Part shown: positions 37,111 to 46,471 of the stretch, piece by piece
How the letters are laid out: each line of letters opens with the position of its first letter
Position numbering within the stretch: position 1 is the first letter of the stretch
NCBI GenBank assembly: GCA_963764715.1
Contig: CAVXTP010000013.1
Span: 1-64,000, forward strand
DNA length: 64,000 bases
Direction: 5' to 3'
From: an uncultured Acidobacteriota bacterium
Lineage (GTDB): Bacteria > Acidobacteriota > Thermoanaerobaculia > UBA5066 > Gp7-AA6
Position numbers and translations under genes: made by a program
Notes under the pieces: generated by a model
Databases searched by the model: none
What the model was told of the DNA's origin: nothing
Seen by the model: only the letters and a program-made list of their open reading frames with translations

Positions 37111-38268
37111 CTACGCCCCTCGAAGGTAGTTCTCGAATTCCTCGGGATGAGCGGCGCGGGCGCGGGCGTCCTCGAGCTCGACCGCGCCCTCCCGCGCGAG
37201 CCGGGCGAGCGACTCCTCGAGCGTGACCGAGCCGTGTTTCTTCGTGATCGCGATCTCCTGGTGGAGGTGCTGGAGCGCGTTCTTGCGGATGTGCTGGCGC
37301 GCGCCGTAGGAAACGAACAGGACCTCCGCGGCGGCGACGCGGCCGCCGCCCTTCCTGGGCAGCAGCGTCTGCGTGACGACGGCCGCCAGGGCCATCGAGA
37401 GCTCCTGCCGGATCGTGTTCTGACGCTCCGGCGGAAACGAGTCGGCGACGCGCGAGACCGTCGAGGCGGCGTCGGTGGTGTGCACGGTCGAGAAGACGAG
37501 GTGCCCGGTCTCGGCGGCGGCGAGCGCGATGCGCATCGTCTCCGGGTCGCGCATCTCGCCGACGACGAGGATGTCCGGGGCCTGGCGCATCGCGGCGCGC
37601 AGCGCCGTCGGGAAGTCCGGCGCGTCGATCCCGATCTCGACCTGCTCGACCAGGCTCGCGCGGTGCGGGTGCTCGTACTCGATCGGGTCCTCGATGGTCA
37701 CGATGTGGCGGGCGTCGCGTCGGTTGATCTCCTCGACGAGGGCGGCGAGGGTCGTCGTCTTGCCCGAGCCCGTCGGCCCGCCGACGAGGACGAGGCCGCG
37801 CGGCAGGCGGGTCAGCGCCTCGACCCCGGCCGGCAGACCCAGCGACGACAGGCGCGGCGGCTGCGACGGGAGCGCGCGGACCGCCGCCCCGGCGCGGCCC
37901 CGCTCGCGGTGGAGGTTGACGCGGAAACGCCCGAGGCCGCGGACGCGGTGCGAGGCGTCGGCGATCCCCTCCGACCGGTACTTCTCCCGCGCGTGGCGGC
38001 GGAGCGCGGGGAGCACGGCGTCCTCGATCTCGTCGCCGTCGAGCGGCCCGGCGGAAAGCGGCTGGAGTCGGCCGTCGATCCGGACGGTGGGCGGCGCGCC
38101 GGCCACGAGCAGCAGGTCGCTGCCCGCGCGGGCGACGAGCTCCGCCAGCCAGGCGTCGAGCCGGACGGCCGCCTCGGCCGCCGGTTCGGCGTCCTTCGAG
38201 AAGCCCGCCGGGGGACGGTCCTCGTTGAGCTCCCGGATGAGCTCGTTGATGTCCTCGGTGTCGGCCAT
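37111..38268 (-). CDS. pilT: PilT/PilU-family type IV pilus retraction ATPase
   Basis: GPTGSGKTT, TIEDPIE, RQAPDILVVGEMRD, AETGHLVFSTVH. Confidence 0.9.
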   Translation of the reverse strand: MADTEDINELIRELNEDRPPAGFSKDAEPAAEAAVRLDAWLAELVARAGSDLLLVAGAPPTVRIDGRLQPLSAGPLDGDEIEDAVLPALRRHAREKYRSEGIADASHRVRGLGRFRVNLHRERGRAGAAVRALPSQPPRLSSLGLPAGVEALTRLPRGLVLVGGPTGSGKTTTLAALVEEINRRDARHIVTIEDPIEYEHPHRASLVEQVEIGIDAPDFPTALRAAMRQAPDILVVGEMRDPETMRIALAAAETGHLVFSTVHTTDAASTVSRVADSFPPERQNTIRQELSMALAAVVTQTLLPRKGGGRVAAAEVLFVSYGARQHIRKNALQHLHQEIAITKKHGSVTLEESLARLAREGAVELEDARARAAHPEEFENYLRGA

Positions 38269-38324
38269 GGATTCCGTTTTCCCTTACGGATGCGGCGGCG
38301 GTTGCGTTGACCGCGAAATGAGGC

Positions 38325-39341
38325 CTAGCCCGCCAGGTGCCAGTCCGTGTGGGGGGCCTTGTTCTCGAAGATCCAGCCGCGGAAGAGTCGGCCGTAGGTC
38401 GTCGGCTTCCAGCCGATCTCGTCGAAGAACGGGCGCAGGGCGAAGTGCAGGCGCCGCAGCTTGTAGAAGGGCACGCCCGGGAAGTAATGGTGCTCGAGGT
38501 GATATGCCGACGACAGGTACCAGAACTCCCAGAAGCGGCTGGGCTTCAGGATCGAGCCCCACTTGGCCGGGTCCGTCGGGTCGATGGCGTAGTGCTGCCC
38601 GAGCCGGTTCAGCGCGAAGGCGATCGGGAACACCAGGAACACCGGGACGAGGTAGACGCGCGCGGCGACGGCGGCGCCGCCCGCGGCCCAGACCGCTGCG
38701 AGGACCGAGAGGTGGAACAGGATGGTCACGGCCCGCTCCCGCACGATCCTCCGCCGCAGCTCCGGCGGATAGGTCGCGGTCTCCTTCGCGGCCGCGCGGA
38801 AGTAGATCGGGAAGAGGGCGGGCGTGAAGTAGAGGAGCTTGAACCAGGGCTTCACGATCTTCGGCGAGAGGTAGTGGCGCTTGGGATCGGCCTCCGCGTC
38901 CCCGAGCTCCGCGTGGTGCGTCAGGTGCCAGCGCGTGAACTGCGAGGCCGAGATTCCGGACGGGATCGCATAAAGAAGCGACAGGGCCCGGTCGCCCTTC
39001 GGGTGCGGGCCGTTGAAGACGGCGTGGTGGAGGGCGTCGTGCAGCAGGACGGTGAAGTTGAAGACCGTCCAGCCCGAGACGAGCGCCGCGGGGATCCAGA
39101 TCCAGGGCTGCGGCCAGGCCCACGCCGCCGCCGAGGCCGCGATCAGCATGGCGAACTGGCGGGCGGCGACGAGGAAGTGCCGCGCCGGGCTCTTGTGGTG
39201 CAGCTCCTTCAGGACGTCGTGGGGGACCGCCCGGTTCAGCCGGTGGCGGAGGTCCTTCGAGGCCTTCGACCAGTAGTGCTCGCCCGGCGCGAGCTCGTCG
39301 GGACGGGGCAGCGTGCCGGGGGGAGTGGGGTTGGCGCTCAT
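38325..39341 (-). CDS. Membrane fatty acid desaturase family protein
   Basis: Three His boxes HDALH, HLTHH, HLEHH. Confidence 0.9.
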   Translation of the reverse strand: MSANPTPPGTLPRPDELAPGEHYWSKASKDLRHRLNRAVPHDVLKELHHKSPARHFLVAARQFAMLIAASAAAWAWPQPWIWIPAALVSGWTVFNFTVLLHDALHHAVFNGPHPKGDRALSLLYAIPSGISASQFTRWHLTHHAELGDAEADPKRHYLSPKIVKPWFKLLYFTPALFPIYFRAAAKETATYPPELRRRIVRERAVTILFHLSVLAAVWAAGGAAVAARVYLVPVFLVFPIAFALNRLGQHYAIDPTDPAKWGSILKPSRFWEFWYLSSAYHLEHHYFPGVPFYKLRRLHFALRPFFDEIGWKPTTYGRLFRGWIFENKAPHTDWHLAG

Positions 39342-39418
39342 CAGAATGACCTCCGGGGAAACCCGCCGGAGGAGAGCCCTATTCTCACACAGCGGGAAGG
39401 CCGTAATCTCGAGTGTCC

Positions 39419-40573
39419 ATGGCCCGCCGAAAGCCCCGCCGCATCCTCGAGTCGCTGTACCGCGCGGCCCTCGGCGCGGTCGACCCGGAGACGGCGGTGG
39501 AGCGGGCGCTGGCGACGTCGCCCGGGTTGCGGGCCGCGCTCGGGTCGGCGAGGAGAGTCGGCGTCTTCGCCGTCGGAAAGGCGGCCGCGGGAATGGCGCG
39601 CGCCGCGCTGCGCCGGACGCGCGCGGCGGAGGCGCTCGTCGTGCTGCCCGCGGGCCATCCCGCGCGGGGCCTGCCGCGCGGCGTGCTCGCCCGGGCCTCG
39701 CATCCCGAGCCGGATGCGTCGAGCACACGGGCCGCCCGCCGCGCCCTGCGGTTCTTCCGTGGCTTCGGCGCCGGAGACGTCGTCGTGTGTCTCGTCTCCG
39801 GCGGCGCCTCGTCGCTTCTCGCGCTGCCCCGCCCGGGCGTGACGCTCGCCGAGAAGCGGCGCGCCGTCCGGAAGCTCGCGGGCTCGGGCGCGGGCATCGC
39901 CGAGCTCAATCGGCTGCGCACCGCGCTCTCGGCCGTGAAGGGCGGCCGGCTCGGACGCGCGACGAAAGCGCGGCTCGTGACGCTCGTCCTCTCGGACGTT
40001 GCCGGCGACCGCGCGGCCCTCGTCGGGTCGGGACCGACCGTGCGCGGGCGGCGCGGCGACGTCGTGCGCGTCGTCGGCTCGAACCGGCGCGGCCTCGACG
40101 CCGCCGCGGCGGAGGGGCGCCGGCTCGGCTTCGCCGTCGAGCGGGTGAATCGACGGCTGGCCGGCGAGGCGCGGACGGCCGGAGCGCGGCTCGCGCGTCG
40201 CGTGCGCGGCGCAAAGCCCGGAACGCTGCTCGTCGCCGGAGGCGAGACCACCGTCGATCTCTCGGGCGCGCGCCCCGGGGGCCGCGGCGGCCGCTGCCTC
40301 GAGCTCGCGCTCTCGGCGGCCCGGGAGCTCGCGGGCGAGCGATCCGCGCGGCTTCTCGCCGCGGGCTCGGACGGGCGCGACGGGAGCTCCGGCGCCGCCG
40401 GCGCGTTCGCCGACGGGTCGACGCTCGCCCGGGCGAGGCGCCGAGGCCTCGACCCCGGCCGTGCGCTGGCCCGCCACGACACGCGCGCCCTGTTCGCGCG
40501 CCTCGGGGACCTCTTCGAGACCGGGCCGACCGGCACGAACGTCGGGGACTGGGTCTTTTTGATACGCCTCTGA
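39419..40573 (+). CDS. Glycerate 2-kinase (DUF4147/MOFRL family), compact
   Basis: VGKAA, SHPEPD, VSGGASSL, SAVKGG, GGETTV, DGRDG, TGPTGTNVGD. Confidence 0.85.
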   Translation: MARRKPRRILESLYRAALGAVDPETAVERALATSPGLRAALGSARRVGVFAVGKAAAGMARAALRRTRAAEALVVLPAGHPARGLPRGVLARASHPEPDASSTRAARRALRFFRGFGAGDVVVCLVSGGASSLLALPRPGVTLAEKRRAVRKLAGSGAGIAELNRLRTALSAVKGGRLGRATKARLVTLVLSDVAGDRAALVGSGPTVRGRRGDVVRVVGSNRRGLDAAAAEGRRLGFAVERVNRRLAGEARTAGARLARRVRGAKPGTLLVAGGETTVDLSGARPGGRGGRCLELALSAARELAGERSARLLAAGSDGRDGSSGAAGAFADGSTLARARRRGLDPGRALARHDTRALFARLGDLFETGPTGTNVGDWVFLIRL

Positions 40574-40630
40574 CCGCGCGGCGGCCCCGCGGGCCCGGCG
40601 CGCCGAAACCCCTATAATTCGCTCTCCCGC

Positions 40631-42208
40631 ATGCCTGTCACTCCCGTCAATCGCGAGCGCGCCGCCCTCGAGCGCTTCCTCGAAGCGCCCCGGCGATTCG
40701 GCGCGTACCGCATCGCGCTGGGCTTCCCGAACTCCTACGAGGTCGGGATGTCGAACCTCGGCTTCCAGTGGGTGTACCGCCTCTTCAACCGGATCCCCGA
40801 CGTCGTCTGCGAGCGGTTCTTCCACGAGGAGAACGAGCCCGCCGTGACCTTCGAGACGGGCACGGCGCTCTCGGAGTTCGGCCTCCTCGCCTGGTCGCTC
40901 TCCTGGGAGATGGACATCGTCCACATTCTGCGCACCCTGCAGAAGGCCGGCATCCCGACGCGGCGCGAGTCCCGGGACGAGCGGCACCCGCTCGTTCTCG
41001 TCGGCGGCGACATCGCGCGGATGAACCCCGCGGCGCTCTCGCCCTTCGTCGACGTGTTCGCGCTCGGCGACGGCGAGCGCCTGGTCCCGCGGATCGCGGA
41101 GCTGCTCGCCTCGGGCCTCGACCGCGACGGTTTCCTCGCGGCGGCGGCCGGGCTTCCCGGCCTCTTCGTGCCGGCCGTCCACGGGCCGCGCGCGGAGGCG
41201 GCCGAGAACGCGAAGGTCGTCATCCAGCAGCCGATGTCGCGCAAGGACATCACGCCGGAGTTCGAAGTCCCGCACTCGACGATCCTGACGCCCCGCACCG
41301 AGCTCGCCGACAAGCTCCTGATCGAGATCTCGCGGGGCTGCACGGAGATGTGCCGGTTCTGCTGGGCGGCCTACGCCATGGCGCCCGTCAAGCAGTACCC
41401 GGCGTCGTCGATCCTCAAGGTCGCGCGGGAGGCGCGGCCGCTGACCGACCGGACCGGCCTGATCGCGACGGCCGTCTGCGACCACCCCGAGATCATCCCG
41501 ATCCTCGAGGGTCTCGCCTCGCTCGGGTACCACATCGCGCTTTCCTCGATCAAGATCGACGCGATCGAGGACCCGATCCTGGAGGTCCTCGCGCGCCAGG
41601 GCGAGCGCGCGCTGTCGATCGCGCCGGAGGCCGGCAACGAGCGGCTGCGGCGGTTCATCAACAAGAAGGTCTCCGACGCCATGCTCGACGAGAAGGCGCG
41701 GCTGGTTTTCGCGCGCGGCTTCACGCGGCTCAAGCTCTACCTGCAGGTCGGGCTTCCCTCCGAGACCGAGGAGGACGTGCGCGACATCGTGCGCCTCGCC
41801 GAGCGGCTCCACGGGATCGCGGTCGCGGAGGGACGCCGGCTCGGCCGCGTCGCCGAGATCGTGCCCTCGGTCAACGCGTTCATCCCCAAGCCCCACACGC
41901 CCTACGAGGACCAGTCGCTCGCCGACGAGGACCTGCTGCGCGAGCGCCTGGGCTTTCTCCAGCGGGAGCTCTCGCGGATCCCCAACGTCGTCTTCCGCGG
42001 CATGCCGGTGGGGGAGGCCGTGTGGGAGGCCTTCCTCGCCAAGGTCGACGAGTCGGGGTCCGACATCCTCGAGGAGGCCGCCGCGGGCGTTCCCGTGCGG
42101 CGGCTGCTGAAGACGCACCACGCCCGGATCGCCGCGGTCGTCCGGCCCGAGGCGGTGCCCGCCGCCGCCGGGGCGGCCGCTCCCTGGTCGTTCATTTCCA
42201 AGCGTTGA
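40631..42208 (+). CDS. Radical SAM protein of unknown substrate
   Basis: FPNSYEVGMSNLG; EISRGCTEMCRFC; APEAG; FIPKPHTP. Confidence 0.88.
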   Translation: MPVTPVNRERAALERFLEAPRRFGAYRIALGFPNSYEVGMSNLGFQWVYRLFNRIPDVVCERFFHEENEPAVTFETGTALSEFGLLAWSLSWEMDIVHILRTLQKAGIPTRRESRDERHPLVLVGGDIARMNPAALSPFVDVFALGDGERLVPRIAELLASGLDRDGFLAAAAGLPGLFVPAVHGPRAEAAENAKVVIQQPMSRKDITPEFEVPHSTILTPRTELADKLLIEISRGCTEMCRFCWAAYAMAPVKQYPASSILKVAREARPLTDRTGLIATAVCDHPEIIPILEGLASLGYHIALSSIKIDAIEDPILEVLARQGERALSIAPEAGNERLRRFINKKVSDAMLDEKARLVFARGFTRLKLYLQVGLPSETEEDVRDIVRLAERLHGIAVAEGRRLGRVAEIVPSVNAFIPKPHTPYEDQSLADEDLLRERLGFLQRELSRIPNVVFRGMPVGEAVWEAFLAKVDESGSDILEEAAAGVPVRRLLKTHHARIAAVVRPEAVPAAAGAAAPWSFISKR

Positions 42209-42237
42209 GTCCGGACCCAGTTGCCGAAGGAGGGATC

Positions 42238-43665
42238 GTGAAGCTCAGGATCGCCGCGCTCGCCCTGGTCCTCGCCGCCGCCGTGCCGGCCCTCGCCCTG
42301 GACTATCCCCCGCTGACGCCGAACCCGGCGGCCTACAAGGCGCGCCGCGAGAAGTTCATGGCGAAGCTGCCGCCCAAGTCGGTGGCCATCCTGCGCTCGG
42401 CGCCGATGCGCACGATGACGAACGACGTCGAGTACCTCTTCCGGCAGGACTCCGACTTCTACTACCTGACCGGGATCGCCCAGGAGGACGTGACCGTCGT
42501 CCTGCGCCCGGAGGCCCCGGACGGGAAGAAGTACATCGCCTTCGTCCAGCCCCGCGACCCGCGCCGCGAGTCCTGGGAGGGGACGCGCGTCGGGCCGGAC
42601 GAGGCCGTCGCCGCCTGGGGCGTCGACGCGGTGTTCCTGCTGAAGGACTTCGACTCGAAGATGTCGGAGTTCGACCGCAACACCTACACCGCGAGCGGCT
42701 TCATCGCCGACGCGACCGCGATCTACGTCTCCGACGGCAACGACGCGGAGTGGGCCGAGAAGTTCCGCAACACCTACGACCCGCTGCGCTCGCGCCGCAT
42801 CGGGCCGGCGACGCTCGTCGACGCGCGGTCGATCACCCGCGAGATGCGGCTGATCAAGGACGAGGAGGACATCCGGTTCCTCCGCCGCGTCGCCGAGATG
42901 TCGGCGCAGGGCCACATCCGGGCGATGCAGGCGGCGGCTCCCGGCAAGTACGAGTTCGAGGTCCAGCAGGCCCTCGACGGCTACTGCGCCTCGAACGGCG
43001 CGCGGCGGATGGCCTATCCCTCGATCGCGGGCTCGGGCCCCAACTCCTGCATCCTCCACTACGACCAGAGCAGCCGCCAGATGAAGGACGGCGAGGTTCT
43101 GTTGAACGACTCCGGGGCGGAGTACGGCCTCTACGCCACCGACATCACGCGGACATACCCCGTCAACGGCCGCTTCTCGCCGGAGCAGCGCGCGATCTAC
43201 GAGATCGTGCTGGCCGCGCAGAAGGCCGCGCTGGCGGTCGTCAAGCCCGGCGTCGGCCACGACGAGGTCGAGAAGGCCGCGGCGCTGACGTGCACCGAGG
43301 GCCTGGTCAAGCTGGGGCTCCTGACGGGCGATCCGGCGGAGATCGTGAAGTCGTTCGGCCACCGGCGCTTCACGCTCCACGGGGTCTCCCACTGGGTCGG
43401 CTTCGACGTGCACGACCCGAGCCCGTATGCCCGGGGCGCGTCGCGCACGCTGCCGCTCGAGGCCGGGATGGTCTTCACCATCGAGCCCGGCATCTACATC
43501 CCCGCGAACATGCAGGGCGTCGATCCGAAGTGGTGGAACATCGGCGTGCGGATCGAGGACACGATCCTCGTCACGCCGACCGGCTCCGACTGCCTCTCCT
43601 GCGGCGCGCCGCGGGAAACCGCCGACGTGGAGAAGGCGGTCCAGTCGGGCCGGAAGAAGAAGTGA
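42238..43665 (+). CDS. pepP: Xaa-Pro aminopeptidase (M24B) with signal peptide
   Basis: FRQDSDFYYLTG, NSCILHY, DITRT, HWVGFDVHD, TIEPG, RIED; GTG start with ALA signal. Confidence 0.88.
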   Translation: MKLRIAALALVLAAAVPALALDYPPLTPNPAAYKARREKFMAKLPPKSVAILRSAPMRTMTNDVEYLFRQDSDFYYLTGIAQEDVTVVLRPEAPDGKKYIAFVQPRDPRRESWEGTRVGPDEAVAAWGVDAVFLLKDFDSKMSEFDRNTYTASGFIADATAIYVSDGNDAEWAEKFRNTYDPLRSRRIGPATLVDARSITREMRLIKDEEDIRFLRRVAEMSAQGHIRAMQAAAPGKYEFEVQQALDGYCASNGARRMAYPSIAGSGPNSCILHYDQSSRQMKDGEVLLNDSGAEYGLYATDITRTYPVNGRFSPEQRAIYEIVLAAQKAALAVVKPGVGHDEVEKAAALTCTEGLVKLGLLTGDPAEIVKSFGHRRFTLHGVSHWVGFDVHDPSPYARGASRTLPLEAGMVFTIEPGIYIPANMQGVDPKWWNIGVRIEDTILVTPTGSDCLSCGAPRETADVEKAVQSGRKKK

Positions 43666-43672
43666 GGACCGG

Positions 43673-44560
43673 TCAGCGGCGCGGGACGAGGACGTTCACG
43701 AAGACCTTGTCCATGTGGCACTCGACCGGGGTCTTCAGCACGCAGTCCCCGTCGACCTGGATGTCGACCGGGTAGGGCTCGAGGGTCCGGATCGCGACGC
43801 GCCGCCCGCGCACGATGCGGGCGACGCCGTCCGCGAGATGCTCGCCGCGCCGGCGCATCATCTCGCGGAAGAGGCGGTACAGGCTGGCGCGGTCCCGCCG
43901 CGCGAAGAGCAGGACCTCGAAGTTCGCGCTGTCGAGGCGCGCCTCGGGCGCGATGATCCAGTTGCCCGCGTAGTGCCGGGCCCGGCAGACGACCGCGAAC
44001 GTGGCCTGGTGCCGCACGCCGTCGATCTCGACCTCGAGCCGCGGGAACTCGTACTGGAGAAACTCCGAGAGGGCGGTCCCGAAGATCCCGGCCCGGCCGA
44101 GGTGGCGCTTCAAGGCGAGGTTCATCTGGCCCATCACGCGCGCGTCGAGGCCGACGCCCGCCCAGAGGAGAAACGGCCGGCCGTCGGCGTGGCCGAGGCG
44201 GATCGCGTGCGGAACGCCCTCGACGAGAAGGTTCTCCGCGTGCTCGAGGTCGAGGGGGATCCCGAGCTCGACCGCGAGGACGTTGGACGTTCCCGCGGGG
44301 ATCACGCCGAGGGGCACCTCCGACCCGACGAGACCGCAGGCCGCCTCGGAGAGCGTGCCGTCGCCGCCGCAGACCGCGACGAGATCGAGGCCCTTCGGGA
44401 GGAACGAGCGCACGATCGCGGTCGCATCGCCGGGGCCGCTCGTCGGGGCGTTGATGAGGTCGAGCCCGCGCGCCCGCATCCGGTCGATCAGGTCGCTCAT
44501 CCGCCGGCGCACGTCGCGCTGGCCGGCGGTGGGGTTGTAGACGAGGATGCCGCGTTTCAT
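43673..44560 (-). CDS. Diacylglycerol/lipid kinase family protein
   Basis: YNPTAG, GGDGTL, PAGTSN, QVDGD. Confidence 0.9.
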   Translation of the reverse strand: MKRGILVYNPTAGQRDVRRRMSDLIDRMRARGLDLINAPTSGPGDATAIVRSFLPKGLDLVAVCGGDGTLSEAACGLVGSEVPLGVIPAGTSNVLAVELGIPLDLEHAENLLVEGVPHAIRLGHADGRPFLLWAGVGLDARVMGQMNLALKRHLGRAGIFGTALSEFLQYEFPRLEVEIDGVRHQATFAVVCRARHYAGNWIIAPEARLDSANFEVLLFARRDRASLYRLFREMMRRRGEHLADGVARIVRGRRVAIRTLEPYPVDIQVDGDCVLKTPVECHMDKVFVNVLVPRR

Positions 44561-44566
44561 GAAGAA

Positions 44567-44660
44567 GCTTTCCGCCTTCCGCTATCCGCTTTCAGCCAGA
44601 AGGGTATCGTGCGCCGCACGGCTCCGGCGGACGGCGGCAAGCCGACGGCTGCCGGCTAGA
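44567..44660. repeat. Degenerate heptamer tandem repeats in two opposed arms
   Basis: GCTTTCC GCCTTCC GCTATCC GCTTTCA then GGCGGAC GGCGGCA AGCCGAC GGCTGCC. Confidence 0.6.
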
Positions 44661-45678
44661 AGAGCTCCCCGTCGCGGCGGGGCGCCGTGATTCCCAGGTG
44701 GCGGTAGGCCGCGGGCGAGGCGATCCGGCCGCGGGGGGTGCGCTGCAGGAAGCCGGCCTGGAGCAGGTACGGCTCGTAGAGGTCCTCGAGCGTGCCGCGG
44801 TCCTCGCCGAGCGAAGCCGCGATCGCCCCGACGCCGACCGGCCCGCCGCCGAACTTCTCGATGATCGTCGAGAGGATCCGCCGGTCGAGCTCGTCGAAGC
44901 CGTGCTCGTCGACTTCGAGCCGCGCGAGCGCCGCCCGCGCGGTATCGAGGTCGATCGTCTTCTTGCCGGCGACCTCGGCGAAGTCGCGCAGCCGCCGGAG
45001 CAGCCGGTTGGCGATGCGCGGCGTGCCGCGCGCGCGCGAGCCGATCTCCCGCGAGGCCTCCGGGGTGATCGCGATCGAGAGGATGCCCGCGGAGCGCTCG
45101 ATGATGCGGGAGAGCGCCTCGACGTCGTAGAAGTCGAGCCGCAGCGTGATGCCGAAGCGGCCGTGGAGCGGCTGGGACAGCAGGCCCGGCCGCGTCGTCG
45201 CGCCGATCAGCGTGAAGGGCGGCAGGTCGACCTTGACCGTGCGCGCCATCGGCCCCTCGCCGATCATCACGTCGAGCCGGAAGTCCTCCATGGCGGGGTA
45301 GAGGATCTCCTCGACGGCGGGCGAGAGGCGGTGGATCTCGTCGACGAAGAGGACGTCCTTCGGCTGAAGGTTCGTCAGGAGGCCGGCGAGGTCGCCGGCG
45401 CGCGCGATCATCGGGCCGGCCGTCAGGCGCAGGCCCGCGCTCATCTCCTTCGCGACGATGTGGGCGAGCGTGGTCTTGCCGAGGCCGGGCGGCCCCGTCA
45501 GGAGCACGTGGTCGAGCGGCTCGCCGCGGCCCCGGGCCGCCGCCAGGAAGACCGAGAGGTTCTCGCGGACCTTCGTCTGTCCGATGTACTCGGACAGCGA
45601 CTGCGGGCGCAGCCGCGGCTCGACCGCGGTGTCTTCCTCGAGAGCGACGCCGGCGAGGATTTCTCGGTCCTGGGTCAT
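44656..45678 (-). CDS. ruvB: Holliday junction branch migration helicase RuvB
   Basis: [37 protein letters not shown]. Confidence 0.98.
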   Translation of the reverse strand: MTQDREILAGVALEEDTAVEPRLRPQSLSEYIGQTKVRENLSVFLAAARGRGEPLDHVLLTGPPGLGKTTLAHIVAKEMSAGLRLTAGPMIARAGDLAGLLTNLQPKDVLFVDEIHRLSPAVEEILYPAMEDFRLDVMIGEGPMARTVKVDLPPFTLIGATTRPGLLSQPLHGRFGITLRLDFYDVEALSRIIERSAGILSIAITPEASREIGSRARGTPRIANRLLRRLRDFAEVAGKKTIDLDTARAALARLEVDEHGFDELDRRILSTIIEKFGGGPVGVGAIAASLGEDRGTLEDLYEPYLLQAGFLQRTPRGRIASPAAYRHLGITAPRRDGELF

Positions 45679-45786
45679 GTGGCGGACGCAGTTTATCGTG
45701 GGGTCAGGTCTTCATTTTTCGGCCCCGGTCGTGTCCGGCTCGAGTGCGCCCGTCGCGGGGCCTTCGAAGAAAGGAAGACCTGACCC

Positions 45787-46377
45787 CTAGCCCGAGGTCA
45801 GGCGGCGCAGCGCTTCCTTCAGGAAGTCGCCGAAGTCCGTGGGCGCGCCCGTGCGCGCGATGGCGTCGACCGACCGCTCGGCCTCGGCCTTGCGGTATCC
45901 GAGGTTGACGAGGGCGGAGATGACGTCGTCCGCGGCGACGGCCGCCGGGGCCTTGCCGGGCGCCTCGCCCGAGATGCGGCCGGCCTTCTCGGCGAGCTCG
46001 AGCACCATGCGCTCGGCGGTCTTCTTGCCGACGCCGGGCACGGCGACGAGGCGGCGCACGTCCTGCCGGCGGAGCGCGTCGACGAGCTCGGTCGGCGGGA
46101 TCCCCGAGAGGACCGTCAGGGCCACCCGCGGGCCGATGCCCGTCACGCCGAGCAGAAGGAGGAAGAGCGAGCGCTCCCGCTCGGTCAGGAAGCCGTAGAG
46201 GGCGAGGGCGTCCTCGCGCACGTGGGTGTGGATCCAGAGGGAGGCCGGGCTCTCCTGCTCCGGCAGCTCGTAGAACGTCGAGAGCGGGATGTGGACGAGG
46301 TAGCCGACGCCGGCCACGTCCAGCAGGACCTGGTCCGGCGCCTTCGACGCGAGGCGGCCGGTGAGGCGGCCGATCAT
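45787..46377 (-). CDS. ruvA: Holliday junction binding protein RuvA
   Basis: HVREDALALYGF, GIGPRVA, PGVGKKTAERM. Confidence 0.97.
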   Translation of the reverse strand: MIGRLTGRLASKAPDQVLLDVAGVGYLVHIPLSTFYELPEQESPASLWIHTHVREDALALYGFLTERERSLFLLLLGVTGIGPRVALTVLSGIPPTELVDALRRQDVRRLVAVPGVGKKTAERMVLELAEKAGRISGEAPGKAPAAVAADDVISALVNLGYRKAEAERSVDAIARTGAPTDFGDFLKEALRRLTSG

Positions 46378-46399
46378 GACGCGATTCTAGCGGCCCTCG

Positions 46400-46463
46400 T
46401 CGTAGGGGCGGGGCTCGTCCCCGCCCTTCGAAAGCGGGCGGCCGCGAGGGCCGCCCCTACGAC
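46400..46463. repeat. REPIN-like doublet of inverted GTAG REPs
   Basis: GTAGGGGCGGGGCTCGTCCCCGCCC-ttcgaaagc-GGGCGGCCGCGAGGGCCGCCCCTAC. Confidence 0.85.
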
Positions 46464-46471
46464 CGGATGCC

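Noticed and set aside
40768-42237. N-terminal extension of the 965-aa PepP ORF
   Set aside because: Alternate frame of the radical SAM gene; real start GTG 42238 with AAGGAGG.
44656-46377. Absence of ruvC beside ruvAB
   Set aside because: ruvC is often unlinked; cannot be judged from one window.
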